Positions 47,323-58,973 of a stretch of DNA of 64,000 nucleotides are shown here, piece after piece. The DNA comes from an uncultured Acidobacteriota bacterium (GTDB lineage: Bacteria; Acidobacteriota; UBA6911; RPQK01; JAPXNP01): NCBI GenBank assembly GCA_964524795.1, contig CAZGEH010000003.1:78675-142674 (forward strand). The letters run 5' to 3'. The notes beneath the pieces are model-generated. The model did not search any database and was not told the DNA's origin. It was given only the letters and a program-made list of their open reading frames with translations. Positions within the stretch are counted from its first letter, which is position 1. Every line of letters starts with the position of its first letter. The position numbers were made by a program, and so were the translations under genes.

Positions 47323-49804
47323 ATGGCGGCGTTACCGCGAGGGTGCCGAGGTTGGGTGGTCCTGGCAGGGTCCGTTCTGGGTCTGGCCGTGGGGCCGTCC
47401 TGCGGAGGAGGGGGAGCAGGGGAACCGGCGGCGGTCCGCCTGGTTGACGTGTTTCCGTCCGCCACCGTCGAGGGAACTCCGGTGGATGTAACAGAACCCG
47501 ATCCCCTCGACTGGTGGAAGTTTGCCGAACCTCCGCCGAATACGATCGCCGCGGAGAGCCGTGCCACCTGGGGTTGGAAAGCATACGACGCCGTCTCCGG
47601 CCTGAAGCTCCGAGACGGACGGCTCACCGGTCGTACCAGCGGAGCCCTGCCGGTCCTGGCGGCCTCCCGCTTCACCAGCCTGGACGAGAGCGATCTGCTG
47701 CACGCGGTAGAGATCCGCATGCGGGTCAGTGCCGGCACCACCGTGACCATGGCAGCCTGGGGCGAAGCCGAACTCAAGACCCCCGAGCTGATCGGAATGC
47801 TCCGCGGAGCCCCGTTCCGCCTCCAGAGCCCGATCCTGCCGGGCGACGAGTTCCACACCTACACCCTGCAGCCCCCAATAGCCCAACCGCTCGCCCAGAT
47901 GAAGCACCTGATCGTCGTGCCCACCGACGCCGCCGGTGCGGATTTCGAGATCGACTCGATCCGGGTCATCTCCCGCCGGGAGCATCTGGCCAGAATCCCC
48001 TCGGGAGTCGGTTGGCAGGGCCTGTCCGAGATCTACCGGGAGACGGTCGTCGCCCGTTCCCCCGAGGTGATTCACCTGCCGCTGGAAGTTCCTCATGAGG
48101 CCTGGCTCGAACTCCATGTGGGAACCATCGAGCACGACCCGGTTACCTTCAGGGTGGGGGTCTCCGCCGGCGGTGAGGAGACTCCGCTGCTGGTGCGAAC
48201 GGTCACGGTCGCGCACCGGTGGGAGACGGTTCCCCTTGATCTTGCCGCCTATGGAGGCCGGAACGTGACCTTGAACCTGGGACTGGCAGCGGACGACCCC
48301 GGCAAGGTCGGCTTCTGGGGTGGAGTCACTTTGCGTCGGCGCGCCCCCGCGAGCCCGGTTGCCACTGACCGGAAGGCCGTATCCGTCTTGGGTGAAGCCG
48401 CCGGCCGGCCGCCTCAGGGTGTGATCCTGGTCGTGGCCGACACACTGCGCCGGGATCATCTGAATTTCCATGGCTACAGCCGCGAAACCGCCCCCTTCCT
48501 GGCGCAGCTTGCCGCTTCCGGGACGCTGTTCGAGGACAATATCGCACAGGCCACGTGGACTAAAGTCTCTGTCCCCTCCATGTTGACCTCCCTCTACCCG
48601 ACATCGAATCGCATCCACGACATTCCGGACCGACTCTCGGCGCAGGCCACCACCCTGGCAGAGATCTTCCGAGAAGCGGGATACGCGACCGTTGCCTATT
48701 CCTCGGTGCCCTTCACCGGCAAACTGACCAACCTGCATCAGGGATTCGAAGAGCTGCACGAGGTGACTTCGGTGCGCGCCGGGGAATCGCGCGAAAGCAA
48801 GACGGCCCGGGAGTATGTGGACCGCCTGACCCGCTGGCTCGAACTGCACGGCCGGGGACCGTTCTTTGTCTTTCTTCACGTCTTTGACCCCCACGATCCG
48901 TACGAACCCTTCCAGCCATACAACTCGCTTTGGGCCGATCTTTCCCGCAAGCCGGAACACGAACAGCAGCTCGAGACGGTTCGCAAGTTCATTGAAGACC
49001 CGTTGCTCAAGCGTTTCGGAATGCCCAGCCGCGAGGAATTCAGGGCGGCCGGCGTCGACGGGGACGCTTTCGTCGCTTACGACAAGGACTGGTACGACGG
49101 CTCGATCCGGGGAATGGACCGCGAAATTGCGCGGCTGGTGGAGCGACTGGGACAACTGGGCCTAAAACACCGTACGCTGCTGGTCTTTACCAGCGACCAT
49201 GGCGAGGAGTTTCTTGAACACGGTCGGACCTTCCACGGGCAGAATCTGTACGGAGAGCTGACCAACGTTCCCCTGTTTTTCCACTGGGAGGGTGTCGTTC
49301 CCGCCAACCTGCAGATCCAGAAAACCGTGCAGAACGTCGACATCATGCCGACGGTGCTGGCGCTGAGCCATTTGCCTGTCCCATCCGGGATTGCCGGACA
49401 GGACCTGCTGCCCCTGATGGCCTCGAAACAGCCAGGCGGCTCGTCGGCATCTCTCTCGGCGTCAGCCGCGGAACTCCGGCCGGCGATCTCCGAACGGCTG
49501 GAAACCCGGGCGCTTGCGGGGCCTCCGCCGCGGGGAACCGCCTCGGTGGCGCTCGTGCTGGACGGCTGGAAATTGATACACAACTACCAGCGTGTGGAGG
49601 GGCAACCGGAGTACGAGCTATACCGGCACCGCGAGGACCCGCTCAATTTCAACAATGTCGCCGCGGACAATCCCGAGGTAGTCTCCCGACTGGCCTCCGC
49701 GCTGGAAAAGTGGCGGGAGGCGGCCCTGGCGGCCCAGCTTCCCGAGGCGGACTCCACGGAAGGCCTCAGCCGCGAAGAACTGGAGCGCCTCAGAAGCCTG
49801 GGCT

Positions 49805-49815
<11 letters not shown>
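47323..49815 (+). CDS. Sulfatase-like hydrolase/transferase (alkaline-phosphatase superfamily) with about 340-aa N-terminal domain of unknown function; lipoprotein
   Basis: Start MAALPRGCRGWVVLAGSVLGLAVGPSCGG (lipobox). The C-terminal half carries the sulfatase fold (VILVVADTLRRDHLNFHGY...FVFLHVFDPHDPY...FTSDHGE), but the formylglycine motif C/S-x-P-x-R is replaced by T-W-T-K-V-S-V-P-S-M. Confidence 0.65.
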
Positions 49816-51939
<2,124 letters not shown>

Positions 51940-51943
<4 letters not shown>

Positions 51944-53904
51944 AAAGGATCGCTCTGCTGGTGTTGCTGGGTGGGGTGGCGGCGATGGCGGCTCTGAGCC
52001 TGGAATCCCCGCTGTCGGCACCCAGAGTGATTGTGCTGGGGATCGATGGCATGGACCCGCGGCTGCTGCAGCGGTTCATCGATGGGGGAGACTTGCCGCA
52101 TTTCAAGGAGCTGGCGGCAAGAGGCGGCTTCACGCCGCTGCAGACGACGATGCCGCCGCTGAGTCCGGTGGCGTGGTCCACGTTCATCACGGGTACCCTC
52201 CCCCAAAGCCACGGAGTGTTCGATTTTCTGCACCGGGATCCCGTGCGGCTACTGCCGGAATCCGCCATGGCCAGAACCACCCCGCCCGGCTGGACGCTCT
52301 CTCTGGGTTCATGGGTGATCCCGCTGGAAGCCGGCAAGATCGAACAGCTCCGCCAGGGCCGGGCTTTCTGGCAGTACCTCTCGGAGCGCAAGATCCCGGC
52401 CACCATATTCCGGATGCCGGTGAACTTTCCACCCGTGGAGGCGGGACATGCCTTGTCCGGAATGGGAACGCCGGACCTGCTGGGAACTTCCGGCACGTTT
52501 ACGTTCTATACCAGCGGCGCCGTGCCGGAGCATGAGGTTTCAGGCGGGCGGATCGCCCCGGTGAAGGTCGAGAGTATGCAGGCGGTCATGAAGCTGGAGG
52601 GCCCCGCGAACACTTTCCGGCTGCTGCCGTCACCGCAGGGGAAAGCGGAGCATCCGCTTCTTGTGGTCGAGCTGTCGGCGGATCTGGACCCGGAACTTCC
52701 GGCGGTGCGGCTGCAGGTTCAGGGCCAGGAGCTGGTCCTCCAGGAAGGGGAGTGGAGCGACTGGGTCCCCCTGGAGTTCGAGGCCATACCCTACCTGGTT
52801 ACCGTGCATTCGGCCTGCCGCTTCCACCTGCAGCAGGTGCGTCCGGAGTTCCGGCTCTACGTGAGTCCCCTGCAGATCAGCCCTGCATCGCCTGCCATGC
52901 CCATCACCTATCCCGCGGACTGGGCGGGCGACCTTCACCAGCATCTGGGGCTCTTCTATACCCAGGAGTTGGCGGAGGAGACCAAAGGGTTTTCGTCCGG
53001 GATCCTTTCGGGACGCGAGTTCTGGGAGCAGTCCCAGTTCGTGTATCAGGAGCAGCGGAGGATGTTGGACAGCGCCCTGGAGGATTTCAAGGACGGCTTC
53101 CTTTTCTTCTACTTCTCCAGCGTCGATCAGGGTTGCCACATGTTGTGGCGGTACTCCGACCCGGACCATCCGGCGTACGTGGAAGATCCCCCGCTGAGTG
53201 CGGGTATTCGGACCCTGTACCGGGAGATGGACGAGGCCCTGGGCAGGATCCTGGCCGTGGTCGATGATGATACAACCCTGGTGGTGATGTCGGACCACGG
53301 CTTTGCCCCGTTCTACTGGGAAGTCAACCTGAATTCGTGGCTGCTGGACCGGGGGTACGTCAGGCTGGAGGATCCCACCCGGCGGGACGGGTTCACCGCT
53401 TTCGCCAACGTGGACTGGAGCGGTACCCGGGCCTACGCGGTCGGTCTGAACGGACTCTATGTCAATTTGCGGGGACGGGAAGGGAAGGGGATCGTCTCTC
53501 AGGGCAGGGAGTACGAGGCGATCCTGGATCGGATCGAACAGGACCTGCTGGCCATGGTGGACCCGCGTAACGGGAATCGCCCGGTCTCCTATGTGTTGCG
53601 GGGCGGTGAAGCCGCCGGCGCCGCCGGCCGCCGGGGCCCGGACCTCATTGTGGGCTACGCTTATGGTTACCGCAGCTCCTGGAAAAGTCCGCTGGGCGAG
53701 TTTCCGCTCACCATCTTCCAGGACAACCTTGATCCCTGGAGCGGAGACCACAGCATGGATTACCGCCAGGTGCCGGGAGTCCTGCTGAGCAACCGCCGCA
53801 TTACCCTGCCGGAACCGGCGCTTTACGACCTGACGGTGGCGGTGCTGGACGAGTACGGTATCGCCCGACCGGAGGGAATGCTCGGACAGGACTGCCTGGA
53901 CTAA
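51940..53904 (+). CDS. Alkaline-phosphatase-superfamily protein, paralogue of the preceding gene
   Basis: Signal peptide; VIVLGIDGMDPRL…MPPLSPVAWSTFITGTLPQSHGVFDF; VVMSDHGF; SGDHSMD. 4-nt overlap with the upstream gene. Confidence 0.6.
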
Positions 53905-53918
53905 AGGAGGCGAGGCAA

Positions 53919-54110
53919 GTGTTTGGACCTAAAGTGAAGCTGGACAAGGGCCTTTACGAGCGAGTCCGGAAATATGCCGGACTGGCCGGCTACTCCTCGG
54001 TGGACGAGTTTGTGGCTCACGCCCTCGAGAAAGAGCTGGCGAAGCTGGAGGACGCGGGCTCGGAGGAGGAGATCAAGAAGCGCCTCCGAGGCCTTGGTTA
54101 CATTTCGTGA
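53919..54110 (+). CDS. Small ribbon-helix-helix-like protein (63 aa), hypothetical
   Basis: GTG start 9 nt after AAAGGAGG. KVKLDKGLYERVRKYAGLAGYSSVDEFVAHALEKELAKL has a beta-strand plus two-helix RHH-like pattern. Overlaps the next gene by 4 nt. Confidence 0.4.
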   Translation: MFGPKVKLDKGLYERVRKYAGLAGYSSVDEFVAHALEKELAKLEDAGSEEEIKKRLRGLGYIS

Positions 54111-54946
54111 GAGAGGTCATGCCGGTCGTCATTCACTGGGTGAGCACGGGTCTGCGCGAGGTGCTGGACCTCGTGGTCTATCCGCTGGCCGGGCTGGATC
54201 CCGTGTGGGCACTGGCTTTACTGTCCCTCTTGACCGGTCTGGCCATGCTGTGGATTTACAGCCGCTTTTCGGACCAGACGGGCATACGGAGCTCCAAGGA
54301 CAAGATCCGGGGATATCTGCTGGGAGTACGTCTCTTCCAGCATGATGTGAGGGTGGTTCTGGGATTGCAGGCGCGCATCCTCCGGGAAACCCTCACCTAT
54401 TTCCGCCACTCCCTGACGCCGCTGGCCATCATGTTGCTGCCGTTGGTTCTGGTGGTGACCCAGCTTTACCTGCTTTTCGGGCAACGTCCTCTGCAGCCGG
54501 GTACCACGACCCTCCTGCGGGTCCAGGTGGACGCGCCGGACCTGCTCGACAGGGTGAGCCTGGAGGCGTCACCCGCCTTGGAGGTGGAGGCCGGTCCGGT
54601 GCGTGTGTCCAGGACCGGCGAGGCGGTCTGGAGGGTCAAGCCACGGATTGAGGGCCGGCACTCCATCCTGATCCGGGTCGGGGAGCGGCGGATCGAGAAG
54701 GAGGTTTACGTGGGAACCTCCTGGGGTATGGTCTCCAGTCTGCGGACTTCCGACTGGCTGGACCTGCTGCTTTATTCCGGTGAGTCGCCGCTGGACCCGG
54801 AGGCAGGCGTGCGGGCCGTTGAACTCGTCCATCCACCGCAGGAGATCTCACTGGCGGGCTGGAGAACCGACTGGCTGGTCTGTTTCCTGATCTTCTCGAT
54901 GGTCACGGCGTTTGGGTGCAAGGGTTTCTTCGGCGTGGAACTGTGA
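54107..54946 (+). CDS. Integral membrane protein, hypothetical
   Basis: 279 aa; N-terminal TM helices, a central soluble region and a C-terminal TM; no known family recognised. Confidence 0.45.
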   Translation: MREVMPVVIHWVSTGLREVLDLVVYPLAGLDPVWALALLSLLTGLAMLWIYSRFSDQTGIRSSKDKIRGYLLGVRLFQHDVRVVLGLQARILRETLTYFRHSLTPLAIMLLPLVLVVTQLYLLFGQRPLQPGTTTLLRVQVDAPDLLDRVSLEASPALEVEAGPVRVSRTGEAVWRVKPRIEGRHSILIRVGERRIEKEVYVGTSWGMVSSLRTSDWLDLLLYSGESPLDPEAGVRAVELVHPPQEISLAGWRTDWLVCFLIFSMVTAFGCKGFFGVEL

Positions 54947-54952
54947 GGCTCG

Positions 54953-55564
54953 ATGCGTTGGCTGAGATCGATCCGTTACCGGTGGATGCAACCTGTCACC
55001 GTCGTCTCGGGACTGCCCCGGTCAGGTACCTCCATGACAGTCAAGATGCTGGAGGCGGGGGGGCTCCCCGTTTACACCGACCGGGCACGCCGTCCGGATA
55101 TCGACAACCCGGGTGGGTACTACGAGTTCGAAAGGGTGAAGCGCCTGGCGGAAGAGACAGACAAACACTGGGTCGCCGAGTGCCGGGGCAAGGTGCTGAA
55201 GGTTATCTCCTTCCTGCTGCCCGATCTGCCCTCTGAACTGGCTTACCGGGTGGTGTTCATGTCGCGGGATCTGGACGAGGTGGTGGCGTCCCAGAACAAG
55301 ATGCTGCAACGGCGGGGCGAGCCGTTGCAGGATGATGGGGTGGTCAGGCGCATGTTCGAGGACCATCTGCTGCGAATCGGCCGCTGGATCGCGCAGCAAC
55401 CGAATTTCCGGCTGCTGGAGGTGCCGTATGCGGAGGTGGTGCGGTCGCCCGAGCTCCAGGCCCGCCGCATTCGCGATTTCCTGGGCGACCCTCGGCTGGA
55501 TGTCCTGAAGATGGCGGAGGTGGTGAATCCGGAGCTGTACCGCAACCGCTCGGCAAGCATCTGA
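54953..55564 (+). CDS. Sulfotransferase-family protein (PAPS-dependent)
   Basis: VVSGLPRSGTSM is the 5'-PSB P-loop of sulfotransferases (PKSGTTW-like), and RVVFMSRD is 3'-PB-like. 203 aa. Confidence 0.6.
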   Translation: MRWLRSIRYRWMQPVTVVSGLPRSGTSMTVKMLEAGGLPVYTDRARRPDIDNPGGYYEFERVKRLAEETDKHWVAECRGKVLKVISFLLPDLPSELAYRVVFMSRDLDEVVASQNKMLQRRGEPLQDDGVVRRMFEDHLLRIGRWIAQQPNFRLLEVPYAEVVRSPELQARRIRDFLGDPRLDVLKMAEVVNPELYRNRSASI

Positions 55565-55909
55565 GGAGCCACCGCTTCGCCGATTCGAGAGATCCCGCTC
55601 CGGGCACGGCCGGCGCGGTGAGTGCACTCCCGCATCCGCCAGCAGGGCGGAGCGTCGGTGGGAACCGGGGGCCACTGCAATGATTCCGCCGATCCCTCGC
55701 ACCACGCGGATCAACCCGAAGGCCGCGGCCTAAGCCGTGGAATTCGTCTCTGCATGATGGGGTCGGACCACGGCAAGTGATTGATAAAACACGAATTAGG
55801 CCCAGAAAAGATGGCTCCAGAAGGGCCTCGGGAGCCATTTGTACCCCCCAAGAATCGCCTGTAAGGCACTGTGTGTCCCTGAACCTCGCGGCGGCCAGGT
55901 CGGTTCTCT

Positions 55910-56005
55910 GGCACCCCTTCAGGGTGCCGTCCTGGTTGTTGGTCCGTCCGTTCCGGAGGTTTCCGCTCCGCTCTGACCTCCGGCTACTTTCTGGCAACTC
56001 CTGGG
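55910..56005 (+). repeat. Copy B of the ~100-nt structured repeat
   Basis: GGCACCCCTTCAGGGTGCCGTCCTGGTTGTTGGTCCGTCCGTTCCGGAGGTTTCCGCTCCGCTCTGACCTCCGGCTACTTTCTGGCAACTCCTGGGGGA; more than 85% identical to copies A and C. Confidence 0.6.
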
Positions 56006-56349
56006 GGATGCTTCCGGCTGGGCTCACGTCGGACGGGCGTCCATACCGGCCATGGTTCGGATGACTCTCTACACCGGTGAAGATGCGGTAGCCAAAGCCC
56101 CTGGTCTGGCACAGAGGGGGCTGCCCGCCGTACGACCAATCCAAATAGTGGGCACGAGACCCGGCGGCTTGCGGACCCGTGTTGGCTGTATGTAGTCTGG
56201 GACTCGCTCGGGACCGCATCGGGTATCGTCGGCGTCCAGAACGCCGCCGCGCGCTGGACGACACTCAACGCGAGACCATGGAGGCACGGTCTTTCGAGAT
56301 CCTTGCGGATGTGATTGCTGCAGCCGCCTAGAAGGAGACCCGGTGGGTG

Positions 56350-56670
56350 TGAATGCGCAAAGGCTCGTGACGGAGATGGCGGAGATAAAGGAAGCGCGGC
56401 AACGTTCTGCGGACGGTCCCCTGAGGGGTGTACCTGTTCGGCTCTTAGGCGCAGGGGAAAGCGGACGAGGAATCGGATGTGAACGTGCTTGTGGTCGTCG
56501 ATGATTACGGCAGCTACGGCGCTGAAGTCGAACGGACTGGAACGCTCGGTGCGGAACTTCCGTTGCGGCAGGGGGTGAGCGGGAGCATAGTGTTTTTCCG
56601 GGAATGCGAGTGGCGCGGAGGCGATACACCGTCTCTGGTCACCGTGGGGCAGCAGGCGATCACCGCATGA
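56350..56670 (+). pseudogene. Degraded MNT-type nucleotidyltransferase (antitoxin) paralogue with an in-frame stop and a frameshift
   Basis: The region reads …QRLVTEMAEIKEARQRSADGPLRGV(Y)LFGS*AQGKADEESDVNVLVVVDDYGSYGAEVERTG…, versus intact …LKERLAQLYGERLRGVYIFGSYARGEADEESDLDVLIVLDQVENYSAEIDRTG…. It is followed by an 11-codon stub MKEATRKLLEW that matches the HEPN start MKEEARKLLEK. Confidence 0.55.
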
Positions 56671-56703
56671 AGGAGGCAACCCGTAAGCTTCTCGAGTGGA
56701 CCC

Positions 56704-57024
56704 ATGAAAGAGAAATTACAAGTGGTTCTGGCAAAGCTCAAGGAGAGACTTGCGCAACTCTACGGAGAAAGGCTCAGGGGGGTGTACATCTTTGGTTCAT
56801 ACGCCCGCGGCGAAGCCGATGAGGAGTCGGACCTGGACGTGCTCATCGTCCTGGACCAGGTTGAGAACTACTCGGCCGAGATCGACCGGACCGGCGAAAT
56901 CGTCTCGGCGCTATCGTTGGAATCAGGCTTTACCATCAGCCGGGCATTCGCCTCCGAGGAGCGCTGGCTGGCGGACCAGACGATGTTTTTCTTGAACGTA
57001 CGTGAGGAAGCGGTGTCGGTATGA
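56704..57024 (+). CDS. MNT-family nucleotidyltransferase (minimal NTase; antitoxin of an HEPN/MNT module)
   Basis: GSYARGEADEESDLDVLIV is the Pol-beta-type GS…D.D motif. 106 aa. Its stop overlaps the ATG of the downstream HEPN gene (ATGA). Confidence 0.8.
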   Translation: MKEKLQVVLAKLKERLAQLYGERLRGVYIFGSYARGEADEESDLDVLIVLDQVENYSAEIDRTGEIVSALSLESGFTISRAFASEERWLADQTMFFLNVREEAVSV

Positions 57025-57406
57025 AGGAAGAAGCCCGAAAGCTCCTGGAGAAGGCGGAACGCGCCCTGGAAGCGGCGCAAAGGCTGCACCGAGACGGGGA
57101 CTACGAATCCGCGGCGGGACGGGTGTACTATGTAATGTTTCACGCGGCTCAGGCCCTGCTGCGGCAGCAAGACCTGCGTTATCGCAAGCATGCAGGGGTC
57201 CACGGTGCCTTCGGGGAGCACTTCGCCAAGACCGGTCTGCTAATGTCAAGTACCACCGTTACTTGCTGGATGCCTTCGATGATCGCCTTCGCGCGGATTA
57301 CGAGATTGACGGCCTCGCAGGGCTGGGGCGTCGCTCTGCGGGCTTACTCCACGGTTTCAGGCTGAGTCGACGCCTCCAGCGCCGGGCACACGCGGCGCCG
57401 CCCTGA
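57021..57406 (+). pseudogene. HEPN-domain toxin gene, frameshifted (-1 near 57245)
   Basis: Frame 1: MKEEARKLLEKAERALEAAQRLHRDGDYESAAGRVYYVMFHAAQALLRQQDLRYRKHAGVHGAFGEHFAKTGLL, with the R-x4-H HEPN motif. It then loses similarity. The canonical continuation …KYHRYLLDAFDDRLRADYEIDG… is in a neighbouring frame (ORF 57002..57406). Confidence 0.7.
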
Positions 57407-57575
57407 CAAGCCGACCGCCCGTGGCTCAGATCTCGGCCGTGCTACCTTCGCGGGCGGGATCGTCCCCATCTGGCACCGAGAGAAGAGTTCTTCTGTCCTG
57501 CCGGCGATTCTTTGCCGGGAGAAGGGCACGGAGGATCGGCGCCTGCCGTCCCACCCGGGCAAAACGCCCGGGCCT

Positions 57576-57672
57576 GGCACCCCTTCAGGGTGCCGTGCTG
57601 GTTGTTGGTCCGTCCGTTCCGGAGCTCTCCGCTCCGCTTCGACCTCCGGCTACTTTCTGGCATCCCTCCGGG
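57576..57672 (+). repeat. Copy C of the ~100-nt structured repeat
   Basis: GGCACCCCTTCAGGGTGCCGTGCTGGTTGTTGGTCCGTCCGTTCCGGAGCTCTCCGCTCCGCTTCGACCTCCGGCTACTTTCTGGCATCCCTCCGGGA, preceded by a CCCGGGCaaaacGCCCGGG hairpin as in copy A. Confidence 0.6.
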
Positions 57673-57841
57673 ATGCCTCGTTCAGCCTCGTTCACTGGCA
57701 TTCGCGGCGCTCTTGTCTGGTCTATCCCCGCCTCTCCAGCTGGCTTGGGGTGCCTGCCGCCGCTTCGGTTTGCTACAATCTGCAACTTGGGGCATTTGCC
57801 TCGGAGGAACCAAGGAACCACAATCGGGAGGGGGAAGAGAA

Positions 57842-58300
57842 ATGAGACGTTTGGTTACGCTGCCCCTCGTGGTGCTGTTGAGTGCCGGTATCTTCGCAGC
57901 GTGTCAGCGCGTCGAAGCACCGGCTCCGTCGCGCGTCGAGCCTGCGAAAGATGGGATCTTCGTGCATATCAAGTCTGGACCGGATGATGCTCACAGCGTG
58001 CTCATGGGATTGCACCTCGCGCAGAGGATGGCCTCAGACCGTGACGTTTTCGTTTACTTCGACGTCAAGGGCATCAATGTGGTCCTCAGGTCCTCGGAAG
58101 ACCTTACCTTGGAGCCCTTCGGGTCGGCCCGGGAGATGATCGCCGACCTTCTCTCACGGGGCGTTTCAATCCAGGCTTGCCCCGGTTGGCTGAAAGCTCT
58201 CGGCCACACGCCGGAAGAACTTTTGGAGGGAGTCCAGGTGGCCGACAAGGACGATTTCTTCACCTTCACCGCCGGGCGGATTCTGACGATTGACTACTAG
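57842..58300 (+). CDS. DsrE/DsrF-like (YchN-fold) lipoprotein, hypothetical
   Basis: RBS GGGAGGGGGAAGAG; signal peptide MRRLVTLPLVVLLSAGIFAAC (lipobox). IFVHIKSGPDDAHSVLMGLHLAQ…VFVYFDVKGINVV…IQACPGW resembles the DsrE/DsrF-like sulfur-relay fold. Local GC is lower than the surrounding sequence. Confidence 0.45.
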   Translation: MRRLVTLPLVVLLSAGIFAACQRVEAPAPSRVEPAKDGIFVHIKSGPDDAHSVLMGLHLAQRMASDRDVFVYFDVKGINVVLRSSEDLTLEPFGSAREMIADLLSRGVSIQACPGWLKALGHTPEELLEGVQVADKDDFFTFTAGRILTIDY

Positions 58301-58973
58301 ACGGTGCAGTGGACCCATCAGTTCGCTTTCAAAGCATCACAGCATCACCCTGAGATTGCGCGGGCGGTTCCTGCTTCACCGTACCGCCGGTCATCCAGCA
58401 AACCGCCAACCGTTTTTTCGTCGCTGCCAGGGTGAAGACCGCCCGGCGGAATCTTGGGAGCTCGGGTGCCCTCTCGATGATCCTGAGCCCTGCCGGGGCG
58501 GCTGACGCCGCTTTAACCTGGGCTCTCAGTGGTTTTCGCCCCTCCGGGGATCTTGGCCGAACCCCACGCCTTTCGTTGATCGTGAAGCAGCCCACCTGAA
58601 ACTTTAAAGCCCTGCCGACGGCGGACTTCACGGACCACGCCTGTATTCATCGTCTTAAGGTACCTCCAAATGGGGCGTGACCAACTCCTGACTGCCAATC
58701 TCCAATTCCCGGTTCGCCCCGGCTGACGTCGTAGTGAGTCCCTTGTTTTTTCCTGGAAGTTTCTTTCAAATAGCGGTGCCTCCGCCGGAGTCGAGACTGC
58801 TGTTTTACGCTCTGGATCGGCGGCGGAAGCATGGGGGGAGGCGCGAGCCGGCGGCGGCGACCTGTGGGAAGCGGTTGCGTGCTTGCCGGCTTCGACGGGC
58901 GTCTCCCATCCGAGGTCTGCGCCCGGTCCCGCGCCGCAGACGCAGCAATTGCCAAGGACGGAGGAGGTACGTG

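Noticed and set aside
57620-57830. Possible promoter or terminator function of repeat copy C for the DsrE-like gene.
   Set aside because: Cannot be distinguished from a generic repeat role without transcript data; recorded only under the repeat family.
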